Origin: Chiloscyllium plagiosum
Lineage: Eukaryota
DNA length: 64,000 nucleotides
Direction: 5' to 3'
NCBI RefSeq assembly: GCF_004010195.1
Contig: NC_057718.1
Coordinates: forward strand, 101,637,463 to 101,701,462
A program made the translations under genes and the position numbers. Positions 51,291 to 62,806 of the stretch are shown here, piece by piece. Positions within the stretch are counted from its first letter, which is position 1. Every line of letters begins with the position of its first letter. A model generated the notes under the pieces. That model did no database searches and was not told the origin of the DNA. It was given only the letters and a program-made list of their open reading frames with translations.

Positions 51291-53477
51291 CAGTTCCAGA
51301 TTTCTGAATAGGGATGGGAATAAATGCTGGCCAGCCAGCGATGCCCACATCCCACTTTTTTTAAAACTTAAGTTACATTAGCTCCCGTGGTAAGATTGGA
51401 AAGTATTAGACTAGAGCTCAGGATTCTTCACCCAGTACCATTCCCATTATAGCACCACCTCGACAAAAATCAGACCAAATTGTGACAGAGTATCAGGAGG
51501 TTGATCATGAAGAAAGTTACTTGGAGATTTAATTATTGTGATAAACAATCCTATCAGTCACTCTGCAACCCATTAAGTTCCCACATGTAGTAAAGCTCCA
51601 GTCGTCTTTTTTGGGAATGTTAATTGCGGGATAATTGTTGAAGACGATGAATAACCGCCTGCCATGGTGGGATTCGAACCCAGAACATTACCCGGGTCTC
51701 TGGATTAATGGTCTAGTGAAAACATCACTAGGACATAGTCTCCTCTGCCATTCATTCAGATCAAGGCTGAGACTGCCTCAACTCCACTTTGACACCCTAC
51801 CCCTTGATTTCCTTAGTATCTAAAATATAAATACAAGGGTTTGTATTCTGTGGAATTGTGAAGAAATTGCAACACAGAAACAGGCCATTCATTCCAACCA
51901 TTCCATCTACTGTTTGTGGTCCACTTGAGTATTGTCCCACATTATTATATCCAATGCCTTTAGCATTACTCTGTCAGGATGTTTTACTCCCAGTCTGATG
52001 CATGCTGGACTTGTCCTCGGAAATGCTTTTGGTGCTGGATATATGTTCAGCCTCTAGTTGAGTGACAGCATATTTGGGAAGTTTCAAATAGATACATCAG
52101 CACTTGAGAAAATAATAAGATGCATTGATATTTTCTAATCAGTGATGTTACTACACACATCAGAAGCAGATGGGTCTTGACTCCGGGCCTCCTGGCTCAG
52201 AGGCATTACCGCTGCACCACAATAGCAATGCAGTGCATGTCCAATACTTTGTATTGTGTCTCATTTGCTACAGAATTAGTGTGTGAAAGTTCTGTTGGAA
52301 TACCAGGATTTGCATAAATACATTAAAAAAGATGATGAGAAGTTCAATTGTGGTTTCAAATGGGTCAGATTATATGCAATTTTTGATAGTTCAGTATTCT
52401 AATGATGATATCATTTTCTAATTACTTTATACCTACTCACTTATATCATTAAGACTCCACTTGCAATCTCTCTCAAGTGGTTGATTTAGTCTTTCCAAAC
52501 CCTCTTCATAGTCTTTTTCTAATTATCTTTCACTTGTGCTATTTAATTGCCACTCTGCTTGCTACTGGAACCAATATGTCACTACCTTCATTATCACACA
52601 TAATGTTCCATTGATTTAGAGGCCACCCCTTAACCTTTGAGGCTTTTGTGAAAAAAAAGCCCCAGTTCTTGAGTTTTTCTCTCTCTCTCTCTCTCTCTGT
52701 GCAGTGTTACATCTCTGCTGCTGCCAATTGAAGCAATGCTGCTCTTTTCCCCAGTGGTTTCACATTCTCCTGATAATTATGTGCCCAAAACTGTCTAAGG
52801 TTTGAAGCTCACTTGTCATCTAAGGTTTTGTAAAAATTCAGTGGGAGCTTCTTGTTCCTTCTGTACAATGCCTCAGAATGTCAACCCAGTATTCCCATTG
52901 GCTATAATGTGAACATTACCCAAGCTATGCTGCCAGGATTTCCAAGTATCTTTCGTAATCCATGAGGAAGAGTATTGGTTACAGCATATTACCCTCTCAT
53001 TGTGCTTCCCAAATTTTGAATTGAACCATTTCTCTGTATCTGCCTTCTACCTTCCTGCCCTGTATGATCTTTTTGTCATGGTGTTGTCACTCACTTACTT
53101 TGATGACTGCTGTGTGCAGTTTCATTGAGCGTCTCTGTCAGGGCAGAAGGCTTTTCATTTTCCCCCTTTTCATCAGGTCAACGGGATCCCTCACAAATGG
53201 CTCTCTGACCATACACCATGCTGCCAACATGTATAAATATCACAAGCGGGTTCTGGCAGTTTTAGACAGACAAGGACTGGTCATCATACTAATGCAAACT
53301 GGTGAACATTTCACAAATTGCACACTATGCAAAAACCTTGTTGAGTAGGAGATCACTAGACCTGTCTTCAGCCAGTCCCCAATTCTATGTGACCTGATAC
53401 CATCTGCCATTACTGATGAGACAGGCAACTTTAATACATAGCTGTTAATTCCTTATTCTACAAGGAGAAACAGACGA

Positions 53478-54005
53478 ACAGAACACAAGAACATTATAAC
53501 ACAGGGACAGGCCCGTTGGCCCACCATGTTGAGCTGAACATGACAACAAATTAAACTAATCTCTTCTGTCTGCCCTGAGTCTATATTGCTGTACTCCTTG
53601 CATATTCATGTGCTCATTTAAAAGCCCCTGAAATGCCCCTATTGTATCTGTCTCCACCACCACCCCCAGCATTCCAGCCTCCTACCACTCTCTGTGTAAA
53701 AAAGCTGCCCCTCACATCTCCTTTGAACTGCCTCCTCTCACCTTAAATGCATGCCCACTAGTATTAGACATTTCAACTGTGGGAAAAAGGTTCTGACTAT
53801 CAACCCTATCTATGCATCTCATAATTTTCGAGAAATCTGCCAAGTCTCCACTCAGCTCCACTGCTCCAGAGAAACAACTTGAGTTTTGCTAGCCTTTTCT
53901 TACAGCTTACACCCTCTAAAGCAGGCAGCATTCTGGTCAACCTGTTCTGCACCCTCTCCAAAGCCAACACATCCTTCCTGTAATGGGGCGACCAGAACTG
54001 AACGC
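53478..54005 (-). mobile_element. CR1 3' fragment
   Basis: VQFWSPHYRKDVLALERVQNRLTRMLP and a tgttct-type tail. Confidence 0.88.
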
Positions 54006-55302
54006 CAATTGAACGATTAACTTTATTCACCGAATAGTGTAAGGAAGAAAGCTTTGTCAGCATATCTCTCTTTTAAACAAGGTTTGAATTCTCAGGCTGC
54101 AGTGTAATTTGAAGATAAACAGTTGGTGAAATAACTGATCTCTAATTCCCTGTCCCTTTCCTTCAACGAGTGTACTTGTTTGTAACTGCTGGACTGTGCT
54201 CTATAATGCGATATAAAAAAACCTATAAAAATGGAAGCAGTTATGTTCTTCAATTATCCTCTGCCATTAACTCGTAAATTAGCATTTCTGATCTTACTTG
54301 TGAAGCTCATTATGTTGTGTTCGGTGCTTCCAAAGTGTTCCCTTGTTTTAGGGTGCCTAATTGGAGCACTTCATTAACCACAACCTTCATCAAAATAGGG
54401 CTTCATCCTCAATTTCCTTTCCACTATTTAATACAGTGTAACATCCTCCCTGTAGTATGATTGATGTCTTGATACTTCTCAGTTCAATCAAAAGTCATTC
54501 TGTTCATGCATTTTTCTCCACTTAAATTTAAGCTCTAGCCCCTTGATACTGTTTGATTAATATCACTCATCTTCTTTCACTTCCCTCTCTATTCTGTCTG
54601 GACCCAGATCAAATACTGACCCAGTTACAGCTTTGTGCTCTTACGCCATGCTTTTCCATTTAATTTGTGGCTCGAGACTCACTCAGATTCATTGACTTTG
54701 AAGTTATCTGTCTTGGCACGATAATGCATCATGCGCTTTCAGTGTATCAGGTTGAAGGTAGAGTCCCCATAGTCCTACCAGACCATAGAGCTGCCCTCCC
54801 ATTACTGAGAGATGGTTGGTGGTGGTTTAACCTGAAAGTCACCATTGCCTCAGGTGAAGGGAGACGCTGAGAAGGAGAGTCCTTCAGATGGTGTAGAAAT
54901 TGAACCCTCAGTTGGCTGATTTCAATGGAAGGGAAAATCTAGTTATCAGTTATATGAGGTTACTTTAATTGTCATTGAGCCCATCTCTCAGTTTTAGTAT
55001 CAGAGTGGATGAACTACAGGTTGATCTTGACTGGAAGATACACTTGAGTTTTGAACTTGTTGGAAATCCTACAAGTCAGTACAGCCTCTTTTATGGGAGT
55101 TATAGAGATGTACATTTTGAGGCAGTCTTTTGGGATTGAGGGTGACTTGGTTCCACTCTGGTTCAATGGGGTCTGAGATGAGATTGATTTCACCATTGGT
55201 CTTAATCGACAGGTGTAGGTGCAGTGCTGGAGGAGGTAGTTGGAAAAGCATTAGTCAAAGATGTGTTTTTTCTCACGCATTTTGTATTTTTATATATATA
55301 TA

Positions 55303-55905
55303 GAACACCAGGTTTATTTAGAAGTACTAGCTTTTGGAGCACTGATCCCTTCATCAGGTAACTAATGGGGCAGGATCATAAGACACAGAATTTATAGCAA
55401 AAGATCATAGTGTCATGCAACTGATACGATATATTGAACAAACCTAGATTACTGTTCAAGTCTTTTATCTTTTCGAATGGGTTGTGGGTAAATTCAGAAC
55501 TTCTTTCAAGTCATGGCACTATGATCATTTGCTATAAATTCTGTGTCTTATGATCCTGCCTCACTAGTTACCTAATGAAGGAGCAGTGCTCTGAAAGCTA
55601 GTGCTTCCAAATAAACCTAAAAATCATACAACATCAGGTTATAGTCCAACAGGTTTAATTGGAAGCACACTAGCTTTCGGAGCGATGCTCCTTCATCAGG
55701 TGATAGTCTAAGGAGCGTCGCTCCGAAAGCTAGTGTGCTTCCAATTAAACCTGTTGGACTATAACCTGATGTGTGATTTTTAACTTTGTACACCCCAGTC
55801 CAACACCGGCATCTCCAAATCATGCCAAATAAACCTGTTGGACTATAACCTTGTTTTGTGTGATTGTTAACTTTGTCCACCCCAGTCCAATACCGCATCT
55901 CCACA
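55303..55905. mobile_element. Nested fold-back Penelope-derived elements (family B): a younger copy at about 55618-55822 inside an older one
   Basis: Two sets of inverted arms; ccaaataaacct duplicated around the inner copy; intact minus-strand hammerhead at 55668-55702. Confidence 0.8.
55668..55702 (-). ncRNA. Hammerhead ribozyme motif (family B), intact core
   Basis: Reverse complement CAC-CTGATGA-a-GGAGC atc GCTCC-GAAA-G-CTA-GTG. Confidence 0.75.
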
Positions 55906-57033
55906 TCATAGAGACGTACAGCATGGAAACAGACCCTTCAGTCCAGCTTGTCCATTCTGACCAGATATCCCAACCTAATCTAGTCTCACCTGCCAGTACT
56001 CGGCCTATATCCCTCCAATCATTTCTTATTCATGTCATAACTGTCATCAATAAGCCTGAGTCTCAGGAGCAGCTACAAGATCCAAGTGATTCTCAGTCCA
56101 CCATTTTTAAATCAACCTGTCTGTTATGACACACAAGTTCTAGAGCAGGTGGGACTTGAACGGGTCTCCTGCCCCAAAGGTAGGAGCATTGACACGGCAC
56201 CACAAGAGTTCTCCAAATTGTCTGCACGCATACCTGTGATGGACTCCTTCACTTACACGTAATTCTCATTTATGAATTCATGATGTAAAATGTTCCTCTC
56301 TCATAAACTGCTATTAGGTTGATAAAAAAAAACATGCCTCTGGCCAGCTATTAAGTGGCTGATTATGAATTCTTTGCGGTGAAGCTGTTTAAAATAAAGG
56401 GGAAAGGCTTTCCATGAGGATAACGGACAAATGCCTTGGAAGTGCATCAAGGATTCATTCAATGACTCATTTCCAAACTGAAAAACGTTCTGTGGTCTAC
56501 CACAGGACAGCTCAAAGCGAGAGGTAAGAATGATTCCACTAATTAATTCTGACATTATAGATAATTCAGCAGCTGAACTCATCATCGCTACTAAAGTATC
56601 CACCTCAGGAAATATTGATGTACGTGTAAAACGTCGGATCCAATTTGCCGAAAAGTTTTCCAAAAGAAATGTAAAAATGCCAAAGTTTTGTCAGCAGCTA
56701 TGCCTCCAGAGTCCAGTAGATTTGATGCATTATGCACAGCACAGGTACTTCTGAAGTTGTTGCTAGAATAATGGGTAGGGAGAGAAGATAGATCACAAAG
56801 GTAATGTAATAAAAGAAAAACAGCCATGTTCAGGGAACAGCAAGATAGTCACAGAAAGTGAGAGACTGGTTTCATTGTTTAAAATTGTGATGGGTGAAAA
56901 AATGTTGTTGCACCCTGCTAGAAAGTAAGATCTTGCACTTAGATATGATGTGGAGGTGCCGGTGTTGGACTGGGGTGGACAAAGTTAAAAATTACACAAC
57001 ACCAGATTATAGTCCAACATGTTTATTTGAAAG

Positions 57034-57068
57034 CACTAGCTTTCGGAGCGCTGCTCCTTCATCAGGTG
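57034..57068 (-). ncRNA. Hammerhead ribozyme motif (family B), intact core
   Basis: Reverse complement CAC-CTGATGA-a-GGAGC agc GCTCC-GAAA-G-CTA-GTG. Confidence 0.75.
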
Positions 57069-57077
57069 ATTTTTTTT

Positions 57078-57393
57078 TAGATTAGATTAGATTACTTACA
57101 GTGTGGAAACAGGCCCTTCGGCCCAACAAGTCCACACTGCCCCGCCGAAGCGCAAACCACCCATACCCCTACATTTACCCCTTACCTAACACTGCGGGCA
57201 ATTTAGCATGGCCAATTCACCTGACCTGCACATCTTTGGACTGTGGGAGGAAACCGGAGCACCCGGAGGAAACCCACACAGACACGGGGAGAACGTGCAA
57301 ACTCCACACAGTCAGTCGCCTGAGGCGGGAATTGAACCCGGGTCTCTGGCGCTGTGAGGCAGCAGTGCTAACCACTGTGCCACCGTGCCGCCC
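57078..57393 (-). mobile_element. Young full-length HE1-type V-SINE at the centre of a fold-back Penelope remnant (about 56945-57482)
   Basis: CpG-rich, intact head gggcggcacggtggcacagtggttagc, (TCTAA)3 tail. Confidence 0.95.
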
Positions 57394-57516
57394 ATAACCA
57401 CCAGACGAAGGGGCTCCAAAAGCTAGTGCTTCCAAATAAACCTGTTGTACTATAACTCGGTGTTGTGTGATTTTTAACTTTGCATTCAGATAGCTCTTGC
57501 TATGACATCCGAAAAG

Positions 57517-57822
57517 GGGTGGCATGGTGGTTAGCACTGCTGCCTCACAGCACCAGGAATCCGTGTTCGATTCCACCCTCAGGCAACATTCTCCCCTTGT
57601 CTGGTTGGGTTTCCTCCGGGTGCTCCAGTTTCCTCCCACAGTCCCGAGATGTGCAGGTCAGGGTGGATTGGCCGTGCTAAATTGATTATAGTGTGTAGGC
57701 TAGTTTGATTAGCCATGTGAAATACAGGGTTACAGGGATAAGGTATGGGGTGGATCTGGTAGTGATGCTCTTCATGAGGGTCATGGGCTGAGTGGGGTCT
57801 TGCTTCCACACTGTAGGGATTC
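57517..57822 (+). mobile_element. Older HE1-type V-SINE
   Basis: ggggtggcatggtggttagcactgctgcctcacagc, V-domain, cacactgtagggattct. Confidence 0.88.
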
Positions 57823-58714
57823 TCTGCACACCTTTGGAGCGCAGCCCCTGTTGCAGTGTAGAATAGGTGGCAGCCAGTTTGGGCAAAGCAAACATGACCT
57901 GACAACCAAATCATTTTTGTTTTTTTGATGCTGATAAAGGTGTAATAGTGACCATGACATCACAGAAACATGGAAAATGGAAGCAAGAGTAGGCCATTCA
58001 GCACCATTTTTCCACACTATCCCCATATCCCTTCATATTTTTAATATCAAGAAATCTTTGCTGGCCAGGTCTCTACGTCGCATTGGTGTAAAGGAGTTCA
58101 ACGGTTTGTCACACTCTGAGTGAAGAGGGTCCTCTTTGTCTCAGTCTTAAATATCCCACCCTTTATTCTAAGATGGCGTCCTGTGGTTTTAGATTGCACC
58201 CTTCAAAACAAGAGGAAATATCCTTCCTGCATTTACCCAATCAATCACTGAGAGAATTTGGTCAGCTTCAATGAGATCACCTCACATTTTTGTAAGCTCT
58301 AAAGAAGGCAGGCCCAGTCCACAATGTCTCCTCACAGGACAGTCCATTATCCCAGAGATCCATTGGGTGAACCAGCAGGGGGGAATTGCCCCTCTCTTTT
58401 TCCAAATAGCATCTTGGGATATTTTATGTACTTTATACCTGAGGGGACAAATGGGGTGTCAATTTTCACACCTCATTCAAAAAGTGGCACGTCCAGCAAT
58501 CCCTCAGAATGTCAGCCAATATTTCTGTGCTCAAGTCGACAGGGTGGGACTTGAACTCATAACCTTTTGCCTTGAGTGCTACCCACTGAGCCACAGTGTG
58601 CTGCATACCTCAATGCCCCTCAGATGGGGTGGGTCTTCATGAGCAATGTCACGTGAGATCTGGCAGTTCCATGAGAGTTTGGCCAATTTACTCTGTGCTG
58701 CCTTTTTAAAGTTC

Positions 58715-59210
58715 CTTCGTGGGACATGATCACTGTGGGCTGAGCCAGTGATTATTACCCATCCATAGTTTCCCTTGAAAAGGTGGTGGTAGTGAGCTGC
58801 CTTCTTGAACTGCTGCAGGTGCACAATGCTGTTATGGAGGGAATTCCAGGATTTTGACCCAGTGATTTGGAGGGGAACTTGTAGGGACCAGAGTTCCCAA
58901 GTATCTTGTCCTTGTCCTTCTATATGGAAGTGGTCTTAGGTTTGGAAGGTGCTGTCTAAGGGGTTTTGGTGAATTTCTGCAGTGCATCTTGTAGATGGTA
59001 CACACTGCTGTTACTGAAGGTCGGTGGTGGTGGAAGTGGATGTTTGTGGATGTGGTGCAGGCTGCTTTGTCCTGGATGGTATTGACCTTCTCGAGTGTTG
59101 TTGGAGCTGCCCCCAACCAGGCAAGTGGGGAGTATTCCATCACACTCCTGACTTGTGTCTTGTAGATGGTGGACAGGCTTCGGGGAGTCGGGGGTGAGGT
59201 ACTTGCCGCC
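58715..59210 (-). mobile_element. L2/CR1-group LINE 3' fragment (distinct family)
   Basis: LSTIYKTQVRSVMEYSPLAWLGAAPTTLEKVNTIQDKAAC; the same 3' region recurs at about 1045-1262, 17515-17880 and 39665-39985. Confidence 0.8.
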
Positions 59211-59722
59211 GTTTCCATGCAGTGAGTCCTGTTCAGTGTCTGATCAATGGTAACCCCACCCCCCTCCCCAAGATGCTAATAGAGGGGGATATTCAGTGAT
59301 GATGATCTCTTACAGTTGCATTCCTGTATGAATGTTTTATTAAAATAATGGCGTATTCTGCATTTAAGGCATCAAGTTTTATAATGTGGAGTTGAATATT
59401 TTGAATCGTTCTCAGTGGCCCTTGTTAGAAATTCCATCAGTGCATCAGGAAATTGAAATTCAATTGTTCGTGTTCGGATGGTGTAGTGAAGGAATAGAAA
59501 TCTGGCTTCTCACATTCATCAAAACTAAAAGCTTGGAACCCACTTATTGTCTCTGGATCAGTGGATGTGTAGTCATCAGTTTTCACAGAAACCATTTCTC
59601 ACATGCTCCCTGGCACAGAACTCAGCGAAGGGAAATGATCTTTATGCGATACAATAGTTCACAATTCAGTTCAGTCTGCTGGATTCTAACCCTGCTTAAA
59701 ATTGGTTTCTTTGCTTAAACAG

Positions 59723-59767
59723 GTACACAGAAAATGAGCGACGATGAAGAAAATTCTCCCACTCAAG
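59723..59767 (+). CDS. Coding exon, symmetric phase 1, 45 nt: GTQKMSDDEENSPTQ
   Basis: tttctttgcttaaacag acceptor, CAAG|gtagga donor, open. Confidence 0.75.
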
Positions 59768-59890
59768 GTAGGATCCATCATTGGCATTCCCACTAGCCAT
59801 GCAACACAGTAAACAGAGAGGCAGAAACTCGTGTCCATTGGGGATGGGGTGGTTTCATCCTATTGCTGATGCCCACAGAGACCAGACCAA

Positions 59891-60178
59891 TGCTGCCTCA
59901 CAGCGCCAGAGACCCGGGTTCAATTCCCGCCTCAGGCGACTGACTGTGTGGAGTTTGCACGTTCTCCCCGTGTCTGCGTGGGTTTCCTCCGGGTGCTCCG
60001 GTTTCCTCCCACAGCACCAAAGATATGCAGGTCAGGTGAATTGGCCATACTAAATTGCCCGTAGTGTTAGGTAAGGGGTAAATGTAGGGGTATGGGTGGT
60101 TTGCGCTTCGGCGGGTCGTTGTGGACTTGTTGGGCCGAAGGGCCTGTTTCCACACTGTAAGTAATCTAATCTAATCTA
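59891..60178 (+). mobile_element. Young 5'-truncated HE1-type V-SINE
   Basis: Nearly identical to 57078-57393; aatgctgc direct repeats at both ends. Confidence 0.95.
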
Positions 60179-60694
60179 AATGCTGCACAGGAAGTGGTTC
60201 CCAGCTGCTGCTGTGGGTTGTTCTTGTCTTTGGTGTGAGCGCATCCTATTGCTAAGCCTTCCGTGCCCACTCATCATCATGGTGACACACACTGACACTA
60301 TCCTCTGTCATCCGCTAGTGTCTCTCCGTTGCATCGGTGCTGGTCCTTGAAACCGAGTAACAATTTTAAGACACCCTTTTAAAAGGAATGCTCCAGTGAA
60401 CAAAGGTTCTACTTGGTTATCCTCAGAATCTCATGTTGTGCCTAAGATCAGAGAAAACATCTGTTTACTTCAGAGCAATCAGTTTGAAATTTGGTAGGCC
60501 TTGATTTATTCCTCTTGACGTTCGGAAAGTATTTCTGAAGAAGTCTCGCACCAGGCTCGAAACGTTAGCTCTGTCTCTCTTTACAGATGCTGCCAGACCT
60601 GCTGAGTTTCTCCAGAATTTACTTTGTTTGCTTCAGATACTATCACAGTGATGAATGATATTATTCACTGTCTCATCTTTCATTTTCTCTCACC

Positions 60695-61068
60695 ATGACT
60701 CAGTGGTTTGCACTGTTGCTTCACAGTGCCAGGGACCCGGGTTTGATTCCAACTTCGGGTGACAGTCTATGTGGAGCTTGCTCATTTCCCTGTTCCTCTG
60801 GGTGCTCCGGTTTCCTCCCACAATCCAAAAATGTGCAGGTTGGGTGGATTGGCCATGGGAAATTATCCATAATGTCCAGCGATGCGCAGGTTAAGTAGAT
60901 TGGCCATGGGAAATTGCTCCATAGTGTCCAGGGATATGCAGGCTAGATGGATTGGCCATGGGAAATGCAGGGTTACAGGGATAGGGTAGTGGGGTGGGTC
61001 TGGGTGAGGTGCTCGTTGGAGGATCAGTATGGGCTGAATGGCCTGCTTCCACACTGTAGGGATTCTAT
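60695..61068 (+). mobile_element. Older HE1-type V-SINE with an internal ~53-bp duplication
   Basis: tgcagg....gattggccatgggaaat occurs three times (about 60834, 60884, 60937). Confidence 0.85.
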
Positions 61069-61639
61069 AATCTTTGTCATATGCTCCAGCTGTGCTGTGC
61101 ACAATCTTTTTCCCTGAAAACCGAAACTCCAAGGTGGAACACACACACACTAACAGTTTGAGTGGAAGCTAGCTCAGCCTTCTCAAGAACAGCACCGCAA
61201 TGGCACCACCTCCATTTTTAATCCAACACAAAACCTAGAAGTCATAAAGATAAAAAGATCACCACCACTAATTCCCAAGAGAAATATCTGATCTCGAACT
61301 GTTGTTGGGGAGGTGGGAGCGCTGTTTAGAAGTAAATTTCTGGGACTGGTTTTAAATTCGAGCTTTTGTTTTTAATGAATTGAATTTAAATCTCCCAGAT
61401 GGTTTTTCAACCCGTGTCCTGGGAGAATTAGCCTTAGCTTCAGGGATGATAAAATAATGATAGTAACACCATCAGCCCCTGTGAGTAATTAGGGTCTGGA
61501 CTACACTGCCTCAGTCCAGTGATGAGAGCATGAGATGATTATTTTAATAGGAATAATATTACAGAGAAAAGACAGGAAAATGGCAATAAGTCATTCAGAG
61601 AGCCAGTGCAGACATGATGGGCTGAAGGCCTGCTTCTGC

Positions 61640-62090
61640 GACATTACACTTCAGTGATTGTGATGTTTAGACTGGAGAGCTGTAAAATGCCTTGTACAAC
61701 AAACAGGTACTGTATCTTGAGATTGCACAGACCATCATTGAAACAGTGTAGGAGGCCAAGGACAGAGAGATCAGGCCGACAATGGAAGTGGAAAGTTTCT
61801 GGAAGCTGAGGGCCACATGAGCTGAGCAGAAGCATTCAGCAGAGTGATCACTGAAGCTGCATTTGACTTTCCCAAAGGCAAGGAGGCTGCATCACCAAAT
61901 ACAAGGAACTCACTGACTCACGTGGGAGGAGTGCTTGGGAAAGAAGGAAGGGAAAGAGCTGATCTTGCATTTCCAGGGCTTACATGAGAAGATGGTGAGG
62001 AAAGGTTGGGGACATTCGGGGTGATGCAAGGATGGGCCACTGTGCCATGGGGAGAAATCCCTCTGGAACGCTGGAAGGGGAGGGCCTAGC
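61640..62090 (-). mobile_element. Highly decayed Penelope ORF 3' end (endonuclease C-terminus)
   Basis: HFHCRPDLSVLGLLHCFNDGLCNLKIQYLFVVQGILQLSSLNI resembles the PLE C-terminal LGLLHC..EQHLIFRLGTLQP.GLN pattern. Confidence 0.6.
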
Positions 62091-62188
62091 TGTATTTTGC
62101 TTTTTTGTTGTACAGGACACAAGTTCCCACTCTTGATGACAATCCTTAATAAGCCTGAAGTAACACATTGTTGTACAATGTTTTGCAG

Positions 62189-62242
62189 GAGAAGATAAGG
62201 AGAATAATGAACACATACCTTATATTGATGACTGTGAAGACG
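62189..62242 (+). CDS. Coding exon, symmetric phase 1, 54 nt: GEDKENNEHIPYIDDCED
   Basis: tgttttgcag acceptor, GACG|gtagga donor, open. Confidence 0.75.
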
Positions 62243-62792
62243 GTAGGACTAAATTTTGTTTTACAATAACAGAGAGCAGACATAATAAAACAGAAACATC
62301 AGAAATGCAGTTAAATAAACTGAAAAATTGTGGATTGGTCACTGTTCCAATTTGCCAGTTTTTATTCATTTTAACAAGCAATTTAAAAAAAATTGAAATG
62401 AATTTGAAGCCGAAGTTCTTAACAGTTCATTTCTCCAGTTTCTCTGGAAAGTAGACATTTCTGTCGATCAGCTGAGAAAGAATATTCCTCCTCTTTGGTT
62501 CCGAGATTTATTCAGTGATGTCTTAAGTCAGTATTCGGACCAAGATGGTTTCCTTAAAGGCCACTCTTCATGTGTGACCCTGGACCTTCAATATCAACCA
62601 TGAGGTCTCTCACATTTCTGCCCGACCCACTATATGACATTCACTAGATATTAATGGATTATTATATAAGCAGGAGCTAGGGGTCGATTGTTCCTTTAAA
62701 CGATGGTGATGAAAATGCCATTTTACGTGGGACATTTCCTATGTTCTCCCGGCAGCGACCTTTTGCTTAGATTCATTTTTCTGTTTCCACAG

Positions 62793-62806
62793 AAAGTGGA
62801 CAATGA
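62793..62806 (+). CDS. Probable last coding exon: ESGQ-stop, followed by 3' UTR
   Basis: Strong acceptor catttttctgtttccacag; phase-1 reading (G)AA AGT GGA CAA TGA; non-repetitive AT-rich sequence follows. Confidence 0.6.

Noticed and set aside
51655..51745. tRNA-like ggttcgaatccc sequence on the minus strand
   Set aside because: Head of the tRNA-derived SINE family; no complete cloverleaf
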